DNA of 64,000 bases. It comes from Octopus sinensis (taxonomy: Eukaryota). This document shows, one piece after another, positions 1 through 11,680 of the stretch; position 1 is the first letter of the stretch, and each line of letters begins with the position of its first letter. The position numbers were made by a program, and so were the translations under genes. The notes beneath the pieces were generated by a model, which was not told the DNA's origin, searched no databases, and was given only the letters and a program-made list of their open reading frames with translations. The stretch is taken from contig NC_042998.1 in assembly GCF_006345805.1 (NCBI RefSeq), positions 122,388,001-122,452,000 on the forward strand. Reading direction: 5' to 3'.

Positions 1-482
1 TACAGCATATGCGTCGATGTCTTGCAAACAACTTGCACATGCAAGTGCTACCAGTCAAGAACTCCACATACCGGAAGCCAGCAAGTGAATGGGGTCATCA
101 GGAGAGAATGCATGCCATTTCGGGGCCTACCTCTCGACGGCATCAATGTGCACCACCACTCCCCCTAACTGATATGAGGCCCTGCTTGCTAGATCTACTG
201 GTTATTAAATGAAGCTCACTATTTCTCTAGCCATTGCTCATCATCTCTTTTTAACCAAATCCAATGGCTAGCCTTCTTCACTGTAGTTTGGATATCGGTC
301 ATGGTGGTATTGACATCACAGAAACACAAATTTCATAACTTGTTAAAGTAAACACAGCGATGTCACTCAGCACACTACCTCATGAAGGTCACTGCTAGTT
401 GTCACTGTGCATGCAACCGTGTTCTGCTATCTATTGGTGCCCTACAAATCAAGTCCTGGAACTTTTTGATACCCCCTCCCTA
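1..482 (-). mobile_element. Very degenerate mariner-like remnant (one TIR plus decayed 5' part)
   Basis: Minus strand reads TA-GGGAGGGGGTATCAAAAAGTTCCAGGACT (452-482), resembling mariner GAGGGG..CAAAAAGTT termini; no intact ORF follows. Confidence 0.35.
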
Positions 483-584
483 CCCAACTGTGGTAACAGC
501 TCAGAAACTGCATGGCTGCGAGGTGAACTTTTTAACAATATTTATGTCTTTATTGCCCACAGTGGGGCTCAACATAGAGGGGAC

Positions 585-772
585 AAACAAGGACAGACAA
601 AGGGGTTAATTCGATTACATCGACCCCCCAGTGCATAACTGGTACTTATTTAATCGACCCCAAAAGGACGAAAGCAAAGTCAACCTCGGCGGAATTTGCC
701 CTCAGAATGTAATGGCAGATGAAATAACGCTAAGCATTTCACCTGGCATGCTAACAGTTCTGCCAGCTCACT
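585..772 (-). mobile_element. tRNA-derived SINE, family B
   Basis: Reverse complement matches 3542-3760 and 39925-40042 (A/B-box-like head, ctttcatcc..gtcgat..aagtaccag core). Confidence 0.7.
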
Positions 773-2802
773 GCTCTCTTTTTAACAATATTGCAATGTC
801 ATGTCGTTGACAGTGTCCAAATAAAAGACAGAATAATCTGGGCTGGAATGCTTTAATCATGGGTCTGTTCAATCAAGGTCGAGCTAGAGCTGAACAACAG
901 CAACAATAATGATAACAGCAATGTCAGCAACAGCAATAACAATAACAACAACAATGGTATGAATGAATAAGTTTGTGAAACTGTAAGAAATAACTTCCAG
1001 TTTTTTGTTGCAGTGACAAAATAATTCTCCTCTTATTCATTTCAATAGACTCATAAGAGAACTGGAACACTCTTATGTAAGCTAACAAAATATTTGTTTA
1101 TTTTAGAGGTTTCTTACATTTGAAAATTTCATGGTAGCAGCTCTGGCCAACTGACTAGTAAACATTCAATTTATGTATAGTTCACAGTACTTTGGTACTT
1201 ACTGTGGCTTTATAGTTGTGTATAGATCAGAAAAAGCTAATTATCCGAAGTGTTTTAACAGCACAAAATCTAAAGATAAACTCAGTAGACTATGGATGTC
1301 TGCTACAAGAAAGAGAGACAAATATAGGATCACAGTGGATAGTTTGTTCATTTTTCTAACTAAAGAAGCTGTTTAAAACCTCTTTTGTGTCTGTATCCAA
1401 CGTTAAAGCTGTAGTAAACCTGTAAGAACCATGAGTTATCCATAAATTGAAGGTCTTCAATCTGGTCAGATTCTGTTACAGATCTTTTCTAATTAACCAA
1501 TTTAGATTGCTTGATAAAATAGTTTAGATTATTTTAGTTTATTTTATAAAATATGTTGAACCAAGAATTAATTTACTCATATCAGATCTTAAAGTGAATT
1601 TATTTCATGTACTGCACTAAATTATCTCTCAGAATTTTACTTTGAGAGAACATTTACAAGACTGAGGAAAAAAAAAAAATAAATGTGCCAGCTCATATAT
1701 CATTACTGGTGCTGCACTATTTGTTAATTATAGAGTTCTCTTGCTACTGTAGCTATTTTGTTAGTTTGCAGTGGAGTTCTGTTATGAGTCTGCAGGAAGC
1801 AATGGGAAGCTGCTCCAGCATGTAATTTCAATCCGGCTTGTCATGGATGTCCGCCATAACTTTAATTACAAGCATGTCAGTAATGGTTATTGTGCCACAG
1901 TCTATTCAACATAAAACTCATCATGCACAATCATTTATCACCAGGTGGATATCTTATTTAAATTCAAGGGATTTAATGGCGATAATTACTGCACATCTTG
2001 ATTAAGGGAATCTCTAGTTTACTATGGTAATTTTTCTGGTTTCTCTTTTTTTTTTAGTGTCTGATAGAGTTACCCATTACTCTGTCAACAACTGTGATTG
2101 TGATGATGAAATATTTGTCATTGGCCAACAGACGTGTTGATGTGGAATAATTCTTTTAAATCTTACACTGATTAATTCAAATCATGACTGAATCAAGATA
2201 AAATGTGACCTTTAAAGTTTCCTATAGATTTCTATTCTATTTATTTTACTTTGTTATTTTACTATTGTTATAGTTGTTGTTTTATCTCTATCTGTTTTCG
2301 TTTGATTCAAGAAGAGAAGATTAGGTCCAATGTAATAATATATTTGGACAAGAACTGAAAACCACAGTGTTCTGTCTGAATCAGTTAATCAATTAATTAC
2401 TGTGCTAACAATTACCATTTCATCATCAACAACCAGCAGAAACTTCTTCCTGACTTTACTTTCAGATTTTGTTTTCTTTTTCTTTCAGTTTAATTTTTGC
2501 CTGAGACTATTTTCTTTTTCACTGCTGTTTTTATTTTTAACTCAAAGAGAAAGAAAAAGCAAAGAAAGAAAAATTTAAGAAGTTGTTACCAAGAGAAAAA
2601 TCCAATTACTAGATGCCTATTTCAGGAGAAATTGATATTTCTAACATTTGTTTTTCTTAAATAAAATAAAAAAAGAAAGAAAAAATCATTAGACTTTAGA
2701 AACTTGTCAATTGTTTGAAAGTTGCAAATCAGAAACATAGAAACTTTCTAATTTAATTTTTTTTTTTTTACTAATTCTTGTGACATTTACTTCTAGATTA
2801 AA

Positions 2803-3257
2803 ATGAAGGATTCATCAGTTTTAAGTTTTGATTCTCATGATTTTTTGATTTGAACTATAAAACAATCTGGAGATTTGATCTTAACCTTGATTTAAATCAT
2901 AAGCCAATTGATAGCCTATCTAAATTTCTGAATGAAAGCTTCTTCAATTTTAAGTATTGGATCACATGTTTCCCTGAACCAGGATTGTTCTTCTTTAATG
3001 CAGTATATCTAGATTTCAGTACATGTAATCCTATTGAAGATTTTAGTAATTTTAACCATTGGTCATTTGAAGATTTTACTGAATATGACTTGCTTTTCAA
3101 CCATAATCCTGCACTTCAAACGTTTTTCTCACTTGAATCAATAGAATATTTGACCTTTATGAACAATATGCTCAACTGTCCATCAGTGTTGCATGAGACA
3201 GAATCTTTCATAAGTTGGCAGCTCCCAACAAATAGCAAGTATATATGTTTGAGTTAA
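2803..3257 (+). CDS. Candidate orphan ORF or terminal exon; needs +1 T in the T6 run at 2841-2846 to join ATG 2803
   Basis: 135 stop-free, non-repetitive codons (2850-3257) behind a strong acceptor (T-tract, actaat, ttctag at 2796); no recognisable domain. Confidence 0.25.
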
Positions 3258-3541
3258 ATATATTCCAGCAACTCTATGTTTCAATTAGATAAGACCCAAT
3301 GATCCTATCTGTTTATAAGCCGGCCAGTCTATTTCATGAAGAATTCCTAGGGAAAACTGGTACCCAATCCAGTTAGGTAGACCATAGTTTGTATCATTAA
3401 GTATATTACATAGAATTTCAATGACAAGACATATAAATACATGTTGTAACTATGAAGAAAAGACTTTGGATTTTGTAGTCCAGTTCCCTTTACTCTCTTT
3501 AAGTCACTTTACTTTTGTGGGTTTAATATATTATTGTTGTA

Positions 3542-3760
3542 AGGCAGCAAGCTGGCAGAAATGTTAGCATGTTGGGCAAAATGCTTAGTGGTATTTCGTC
3601 TGTCTTTATGTTCTGAGTTCAAATTCTGCTGAGGTTAACTTTGCCTTTCATCCTTGTGGGGTTGATAAATTAAGTACCAGTTGTGTACTGGGGTTGATCT
3701 AATTGACAGACCCCTTCTTCCAAAATTTTGAGCCTTGTACTTAGAGTAGAAAAGAATATA
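3542..3760 (+). mobile_element. tRNA-derived SINE, family B
   Basis: ggcagcaagctggcagaaa head, B-box-like gagttcaaattc, gcctttcatcc..gataaattaagtaccag core; homologous copies elsewhere in the window. Confidence 0.75.
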
Positions 3761-3764
3761 TTAT

Positions 3765-3952
3765 TGCCTCCTCCTCCTCCTCCTCCCCCTCCTCATCTCA
3801 CCCTCATCATCTCACCCTCATCCTCTCACCCTGCTTCCTCTCGCCTCTCCTACTTTCACCCCTTTTTTATCACTCCCACCCCACTTTTCTGTAGTCTCAT
3901 CATTGTCGCTGTTGCTGCTGCTCTCAGATCCTTCATCATCATCATCATCATT

Positions 3953-4008
<56 letters not shown>

Positions 4009-4010
4009 AT
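3765..4010. repeat. (CCT)n and long (CAT)n microsatellite
   Basis: About 25 near-perfect CAT units at 3933-4007; source of the poly-Ile and poly-Pro ORF. Confidence 0.95.
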
Positions 4011-4599
4011 CTTCATCTTTATTATCATTAATAGCTATGGTTAAGAATGCAAAGAAAGTTCACTTTCAGTGTACACCGAAAAAGACACAAAGACAAAAAC
4101 TAAAACAAAAAAAAATACAAAATCGAAAATGAAAATAAAACAAAACATAGCTCCTTCCCTGAATGCATGCTTGTCTTTTGCCAAATATCTTCCCACCACT
4201 TTTTCGGACAATCTTTCTTTAATCTTATACAGTTCTGTCAGCAGCAGCACACATTCTGCCAAGGAAAACTCCAGTTCATTCTCAGCACAAACAAATTTTC
4301 TGGCAGAATGTAAGAAATGTGTGTAAGAAGTGCGATGTAGCATGGTTGTGATATATGAACAATAAGTACAGAAGCCACACTGCAACCAGCGAGAAGCTTT
4401 TCTGATTATGGTCTATTGGATATGTAATTTTAATGTGCAAGAACTTTTGAGTGCAAGACGGTTGAGGAAGCAGCATTAAATCTATGTGTGTAAGAAATGC
4501 AATTACACCAGTAAGGATACAGAATTTAAAAAGTTATAGTATACTTGGTGACATGATTTCAGCAGAAAAAGGTATCTGTGGTTGGGCTAATCAAAGGAG

Positions 4600-4765
4600 A
4601 TGGCATGGTTGTGTGCTTAAGAAGTTCACTTTGCAGCCATGTAGTTCCAGGTTAGATCTAGCTGTGGTACCCAGTAGGCAAATGTTTTTGTTTTTTATCT
4701 GTTACAGCCTTGGTTGATCAATATATCTTCTGACGGAAATTTTGGTCTGACAGAAACTGAGCCTG
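4600..4765 (+). mobile_element. Diverged SINE A-like 5' half
   Basis: ggcatggttgtgtgcttaagaag..gttccaggtt..acagaaactga aligns loosely with the SINE A head. Confidence 0.45.
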
Positions 4766-4779
4766 CTATGTGAATGTAT

Positions 4780-5560
4780 GTTATGTTATATAATGTATGT
4801 ATGCATGTATTCATGTATCTATCTATGTGTGCATATATGGGCATGTGATTGTGTCATTTTGTGTGTATGTATGGTGTGTGTAAGTATGTGCATGTATATG
4901 CATATGTAAATATATATGTGTGTTTGTATATCTGTACATAGGTATGCATGTGTGTATGTATGGTGTGTGTAAGTATGTGCATGTGTATGCATGTGTAAAT
5001 ATATATATGTGTGTTTGTGTTTGTATATCTGTACATAGGTATGCATGTATGTGTAGATGTGGCTTTGTGTGTATATACATGTGTGATTGTGTCATTTTGT
5101 GTATATGTATGTGTGTATGCATGTATGAATATAAATGTGTACTTGTGTTTGTATTTGTGTATGAAGGTATGCATATATGCATGGATGTGTTTATGTTTGT
5201 ATATACAAGTATGGTTGTATCATTTTGTGTGTATGTATGGTTTGTATAAGCATGCATGTATGTATGCCTGTGTGAATATAAATATATATGTGTTTATGTT
5301 TGCATGTGTTTATGTAGGTATGCCTGTCTGCCTGGATGTATCTGTATGTTTATATGTGTGCGATTGTGTTATTTTGTGGGCATGTACATGTGTGTATGTA
5401 TGCATGCATGAATATATAGGTATTTCTATTTGCATGTGTTTATGTTGGTATGTATATATGCATGTCTCCATGGATGTTTCTATGTGTGTGATTGCATCAG
5501 TTTGTGTATATGTATGTATGTGTGTGTATAACTGTATGAATATACATGTGCATTCTTTGA
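4780..5560. repeat. Cryptic TG/TA low-complexity tract with an internal ~90-bp duplication
   Basis: gtgtgtatgtatggtgtgtgtaagtatgtgcatg..ctgtacataggtatgcatg occurs twice (about 4861 and 4951). Confidence 0.85.
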
Positions 5561-6569
5561 GATTTATTTTTATTCCTTTGAAGAATTCAAGCCAGTCACT
5601 TACAAAGTGGCATGGCTCTTTTGTTTAAGTTGAAACAATTCCTGGAGTCGGTGTGTAAGGGGATAAGTTAGAGTGTATATATACATAGGTGCAAGTATTT
5701 GATAAATTTGCACTTTTGCTATGGGTGTGTAATTCATTACTGTTTATGTGCATGTGTGTAGTGTATATAGTGTGTATGTGTTTATGTGTATTCCATACAC
5801 AGGTATGATTCTATGCATATGTTCAATTCAGAAAACTTAAGAAATTTCCTGAGGTATTTTACAAATTTCCACAGTACCATTAATTGATAGTATTTGAAGA
5901 ATGTGAATCGTTTTGCTTTGTTCTTTCTTGATAACCAGCTTGTTGTTATTAGAGTCCAGCGCACCTATGACAATAGGTACAAAGTAGAATCTATAGCCTT
6001 GATATTGGAGCTGTAAAGTTTCTCATGAATTGCTGTTTTAGGCAAGTCATTCACGTGTCAGGCAATTGATCTTTACAACAGCGCAGGGTTTTTTGCATTC
6101 TGTGTCATAAAGCAATATGCGGTTTCATGTATGTATGTATGTATATATATATATGTATGTATGTATGAATCATCAGAACCATCACCTTAGAACCATCAGA
6201 TGCCATGATGGTTCTAAGATGTAGGTACAGGAGGTGGTCAAACTCTGCATAAGGAGTAGACAACCACCATGCATGCATGCATACATGTATGTATTTCATT
6301 ATTCAGTTTTATTTCAAGATTTCTTGCCAATAGAGAAAGATCTGGTTTCTAACTTAGATTCAAGGTACCATCATTGGAATTTCAACATCATCAACAGAGT
6401 ATGTTTGCATGTATGTGTATATGTGTGGCATTCGAAGTCAGTGCACATGCAAATTTGTATGTTTTGTTTTATGTATTCTCATGCACATATTTACATGTCT
6501 AAACATACGCCTATATACTTAAATGGTAAACCTCTGGAAAGTTTTACAAATTTTTGAACTATCATCCTA

Positions 6570-6830
6570 CAGAATGTCCTACTGGTCAACTGGCCAAGTA
6601 TACTTGGTGATGTCACCAATTTAAACACTGATGACTCAAACATGCAACTGGTTGTACTGGGTTATATGTTACCAAATGTCTCTTTATGGCGCTTTCATGT
6701 GTCATTCCATCTACTGAAAGTCCTGTGGCAAAGAAAGGATGGTGCCATGTGCAGATCTACCCAACTGGAAGTGTATGCTTATACAGATCTGCAGCAGGAC
6801 AGAATAGTCATCTGAGCTGTCATGGATGGA
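6570..6830 (+). mobile_element. Decayed 3' coding end of a BovB-type RTE LINE
   Basis: Frame-shifted LPK-CLF(YG) motif and C-terminal SVC..RSAAGQNSHLSCH resemble the RTE ORF2 C-terminus. Confidence 0.4.
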
Positions 6831-7714
6831 AAGTCAGAAATGCCATTAACAATGAAGAAGCACAAAAAGACAACATTCACTTGAGAAGATGAAGCAATCA
6901 CCATATGTGTATATGGGTATGTATATGTGTGTGTATGCCTGTATGTATCTTTTGCTGATGTATATTGACAAAAAAATGCAAACATTAGCAATAAGTGGTG
7001 CTCTATGACTGAAATTCTTTGTGTTCCCATAGTCTTCTTTGAGTTACAACCATTCCCTCGTAACTCTCACAGCCAGAAAAGAAATGAATTGGTGATTGAT
7101 GCATTGCAAACCTGTAACCATCCATGTCATTGCTCACATATTGCATTATGAAACCAAAATATTAAATAAGACATGAGAAGAAACGAAGAGGTAAGCTTTG
7201 AGAATGCTAAACCTAATAGAGAATGCAGGAATGAAATAATTGGAGATGTGCTTTGTGAAGTCCAACTATGCTAGGCCAAGCCACCATTGAAAAGTAGATA
7301 TTACAATAACAACAACAATGACAATGGCGTTGATAGAAGTTGTGGTGGCAGCAGTGAAGGTGACAACAGCAGCAACTATGATAATTCTGCATTATTATTT
7401 TGGTTCAGACTTCTAAGCTCAATAAGACCAAGTTCAAGATAATCCATTCTTTAACTTCTTCATAATGTCATATCTCCAGATCCAGTTACCCATATTGCTA
7501 CCATAGAATCAGTTCCTAATCTAATTAGAATATTCTTTATATGTGCATTTATGGGAGACCATTTTATCTCTTGATTCTTTTCCCAATTCTTCTTGCCTCT
7601 TCCTTAGCCTTTCTCTGTCAAATGGAAGTTATTGCAACCAGTCACAGCATTGATAAATATATATCTATATCTATCTATCTGTCTGTCATTATTTAACATC
7701 CATTATTTTCATGA

Positions 7715-8035
7715 TGGCATGGGTTGCTTCCCAGCCACATGGTTCCAGGTTCAGTTCCACTGTGTGGCACCTTGGGCAAGTGTCTTCTACTATAGCTTCA
7801 GGCTGCCCAAAGCCTTGTAAGTGGATGTGGTAGATGGAAACTGAAAGAATGTGTTTATATTTGTGTCTGTGTTTGTTCCCTCACAATTGTTTGACAACCA
7901 ATGTTAGTGGTTCAGCAAGAGACTGATAGAATAAATGCTAGGCAAAAATCAGTCCTGGGGTTGATTTGTTCAACTAAAGGCAGCACGCCAGCTTAGCCAT
8001 AGTCAAATGACTGAAACAAGTAAAAAAATAAAAGA
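7715..8035 (+). mobile_element. SINE family A
   Basis: ggttccaggttcagttcc B-box-like motif, gtggcaccttgggcaagtgtcttc core, gactgaaacaagtaaaa tail. Confidence 0.85.
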
Positions 8036-8675
8036 ATATATATATATGTAATACATTAAAAGTCAGTTTGAATCTTGTTTACTTGCTTGCAATGTTACCC
8101 GGCCAAACTGGCACATAATGGAAAAATACTATTACTGTAAGTTTACCATGAAATGTTAATAGGAATGGAATAAAACAAGTTTCGTGTAAATCGGACAAGT
8201 AGTTTTAAATATATTAGAGGTTTTCGGGTATAAATACACAAAACGGTATGTAATGGGGAAATATTCTGAAAATAATCTTCATCCTGAAAGGAAAGAAACT
8301 TTTATCTTTCTATTTGACACAATGACATCAGAATGAAAAAATACGAGTTTTTTTCCATAGGATTTTTATGAGTGCATTCAATGACTCACCTCCAAAGATT
8401 TGGCTGCTATTTCTAGCTCACCCTGCTACCATGTAACAGCTCTTTGTGATAAAGGACCTGAAATACCTGTTACGTGGTAGCAGAGTGTGCAAGAAATAAC
8501 AGACAAATCTGGGGAAAGGAGCTGTTTACACATGATTTCTATGTCACATTCATTGGAAGCATGTGAAATAACGTGGAAAAAAAAAGAAATCCATGAAACA
8601 AAACTCTGTTGCTGGAAAACTCAGAGTTTCCCAGTGACCCAACAGGTCATGTGTAGTCTACTGTATATATATATG

Positions 8676-8730
<55 letters not shown>

Positions 8731-8849
8731 CACTGATGTTTTGATGTTTTCCCAAGTGATGGTGATTGTGAGAAGATTAAGTGTTCTGGCTGGGGACCTG
8801 ATAAGACTTGTGGGAAGGTTTGTGAGGTCGATGTTGGTATATGTTTGTG

Positions 8850-9002
8850 TGTGTGTGTAGTAAGAAGCTTGCTTCCCAACCACATGGTTCCAGGTTCAGT
8901 CCCTCTGTGTGACAACTTTGGCAAATGTCTTCTACTATAGCCTCAGGCCGACCAAAGCCTTGTGAGTGGATTTGGTAGACAGAAACTGAAAGAAGCCCAT
9001 CG

Positions 9003-9044
<42 letters not shown>

Positions 9045-9267
9045 TGATGTATGTATGTATATATATATTTCTGTGTCTGTGTTTATCCCTTCACCATCAC
9101 TTGACAACCAATGCTGGTGTGTTTACAAGTCTGTAACTTAGCCGTTCAGCAACAGAAACTGATAGAATAAGCACTAGGCTTACAAATAATAAGTCCTGGG
9201 TCGATTTATTCGACTAAAGGCGGTGCTCCAGCATGGCCACAGTCAGATTACTGAAACAAGTAAAAGA

Positions 9268-9269
<2 letters not shown>
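8850..9269 (+). mobile_element. SINE family A, near complete, with internal TA/TG microsatellite
   Basis: High similarity to the reverse complement of 20222-20650. Confidence 0.9.
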
Positions 9270-9316
<47 letters not shown>

Positions 9317-9499
9317 CTGCTGCACGTCATCCTTTTTGACCTGCCTGTCATCACTTCCTTTTGTTTTGTGTCATTTCTGTTGATGTTAATTCAAGATTTT
9401 GTCAGTTCCTGGTCTCATATTTACCATCAACTACTTCCACTCTGCTCTGGCACTTTTGAACCCCTATCTTTATCTCTCTTTCCGGCTTCATCCATTTAT

Positions 9500-9860
9500 T
9501 ACCACCCACTCTTATATATTACTGGGTAGCCACGTATTACTTCTACAACCACGAATCTTTCCTTATCTCTTCTATCATACTGTGATCTCTCATCACCTCA
9601 CATAAAGCTACCTCTCGCTATTTGACTCTCTCTCAGTTGAAGGAGCAATTTAACATAGTAACCTCATGGATGCAGATACCACAAAGAAACCCCTATACAG
9701 TCTATAAAGTGGTCAGTGTAAAAAGGAACATCCAGTTGTAGAAACCATGCAAAAATTGAGACAAAGTGGTAAAAGAAGGTCCTCTGACGTAGACCACTGA
9801 ACCCATGCTAGTATGGAAGGTAAACATGTCATAGATATGACAGTGATGATGATGATATGT
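9500..9860 (+). mobile_element. Composite repeat: CT-rich segment plus RTE-type 3' tail
   Basis: ggtagcca..ctaca..tcatcacct.acataaagcta segment shared with 33320 and 50500, each followed by an aagtgg..catccag..catg..gatgatg tail. Confidence 0.5.
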
Positions 9861-10067
9861 TTATATTTAAAGTGTAAATATAGAAACATTGAGTAATAGA
9901 AGCAATGAGTAATATGTAAATAATGAGTCTCAAAACAAATTCAGTTTAAATAACAACTTCTAAAACTTTGGATTAAAAATCCCTTAGTTGAGGTAAAAAG
10001 TGGAAAACTGATTGCAGAATTTTTATACCACATATTTTTTTGTAACCCAAACAGACGTGCTATGAAT

Positions 10068-10159
10068 CACATTAAAACAACCTTCTGACCTTCAGCCATC
10101 CAAATTATACATGTTCATCTCTAATTTGGATAGCTGACAGTCAGAAGGTGGTTAATATG
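10068..10159 (-). ncRNA. pri-miRNA-like hairpin
   Basis: 28-bp upper stem with 27 pairs (2 G-U), 14-nt loop, and an 8-bp basal stem CAUAUUAA/UUAAUGUG; the + strand C-A mismatches become G-U pairs on the - strand. Confidence 0.55.
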
Positions 10160-11429
10160 TCTGTCTGGATTATAGATGTGGTATGTATCCTGCAGGTAAT
10201 TTCCCACCTTTTCCTATCTAAGGTTTTTTTTTTAATTTCAATCTCTGTTAAGCTGTTATACACTAGAAATTTTACATATGGTTTATGGCCAGAATAACCA
10301 ACAGTATTCTTGATGCTTTTGGATAAATATTACTTTAAATTAATATATATTAATTATCTTAATTATGTAATTACAAAGTTAATGATGTTTTTTAAGTAAT
10401 GAATCAGCTATTGAAAGTAATTAAATAATGATCAATGAAATTGATGCTTTTTGCTGTTTATTCTGAATATACGTTGCTCTTATGAGTTGTTTTAGCTGAT
10501 TATGTATATACACGCAATCTTCTTCCACTAGATTCACTGCAATGTTATAACATGTTGGAGTTTAATGACCTATTATTCATTTGAACTTTTAATTACCATG
10601 GATGTATTTATTTTGTTGTTTTACACAGTATTTCTTTTTATAGGTGTATACATACACACATATGTATAGAGGCAATTATGCAGATAAACAATTTAAATAT
10701 AACAGCTTGGGTTTGATATACAATATATATATATATATATATATATATGAATACATGCAAACAGAAAGAAAGCAAAGACTGCACATTTTCAGATGATGAA
10801 TATAAATATATAGATATTTATATTAATAGATCGAACTTATATTGAGTACAAATGACAGGGAAAATCAAATGGGAAAAAGTAAGGTGCTATAAGTTGAACA
10901 ACTGTTTCTGGGGGCTTGGAGATCAATCATAATGTTGATAGGTGTAGTTCACCAAAATATGGAGACAGTAAAAGAAGCAAATAACCAAATTGAGCCTCCA
11001 TCATCAGGGTAGAAAAAGATCTTACATTTCAGATCCTGATACAGAAAAAATATATACATGCCAGCATAGGAAATGGATGATGATCACACCATAGGAAAAT
11101 GTTGATGATCCCACACACACACGCACACACATGCACACACTGCTTAGATCAATCTGTATGGCGTAAAAAAAATGTGTCATGATGCATCAAAACAATTTTT
11201 GTTGAAGAAACAGAACAATAAATCTGGCAATCAATGGACACATTGGTCCAGTCTTAGCCAAAATCAAAATATTCAGTGTTCTCGTTGTGACTTCATAGCA
11301 AAATCCATACTCGGACTCAAATTGCATCCATGTATCCATTGCAAATAGATGCAGCTTCTTTTATTTAAGAATTATTTTAAAAATCCTTTCTTTCAAACAC
11401 TCACATGATGAAATCAATGGAAATGACCA

Positions 11430-11680
11430 TCATCATCATCATCATCGTTTAGCGTAATTAATTCTTTTATTCTTTAACTTGTTTCAGTCATTTTGACTGT
11501 GGCCATGCTGGAACACTGCCTTTTTAGTTGAAGAAATCACCCCATGGACTTATTCGTTATAAGCCTGTTACTTAATCTATCAGTCTCTTTTGCCGAACTT
11601 CTAAGTTTTGAAGATGTAAACACACCAACATCGGTTGTTGAAGTGATGATGGAGGAACAATCATAGACACATACACACAA
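11430..11680 (-). mobile_element. SINE family A, 3' half
   Basis: cttgtttcagtcattttgactgtggccatgctgga..gtaaacacaccaacatcggttg. Confidence 0.8.

Noticed and set aside
1040-1900. Small + strand exon candidates (LIRELEHSY; EFCYESAGSNGKLLQHVISIRL..)
   Set aside because: They cannot be assembled into a recognisable, frame-consistent gene
4819-5628. Long ORFs up to 205 aa rich in His/Thr/Tyr/Ile/Cys/Val/Met (also at 22.1-22.9, 31.3-32.2, 41.9-42.3, 45.5-46.5, 48.3-48.8 and 54.3-55.7 kb)
   Set aside because: They are translations of TA/TG/CA/TATG microsatellite mosaics, which rarely contain stops
8085-8380. Possible DNA-transposon fragments (also 16039-16520 beginning caggcgccgact, and 53880-54130)
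   Set aside because: No matching second TIR, TSD or coding motif found by eye
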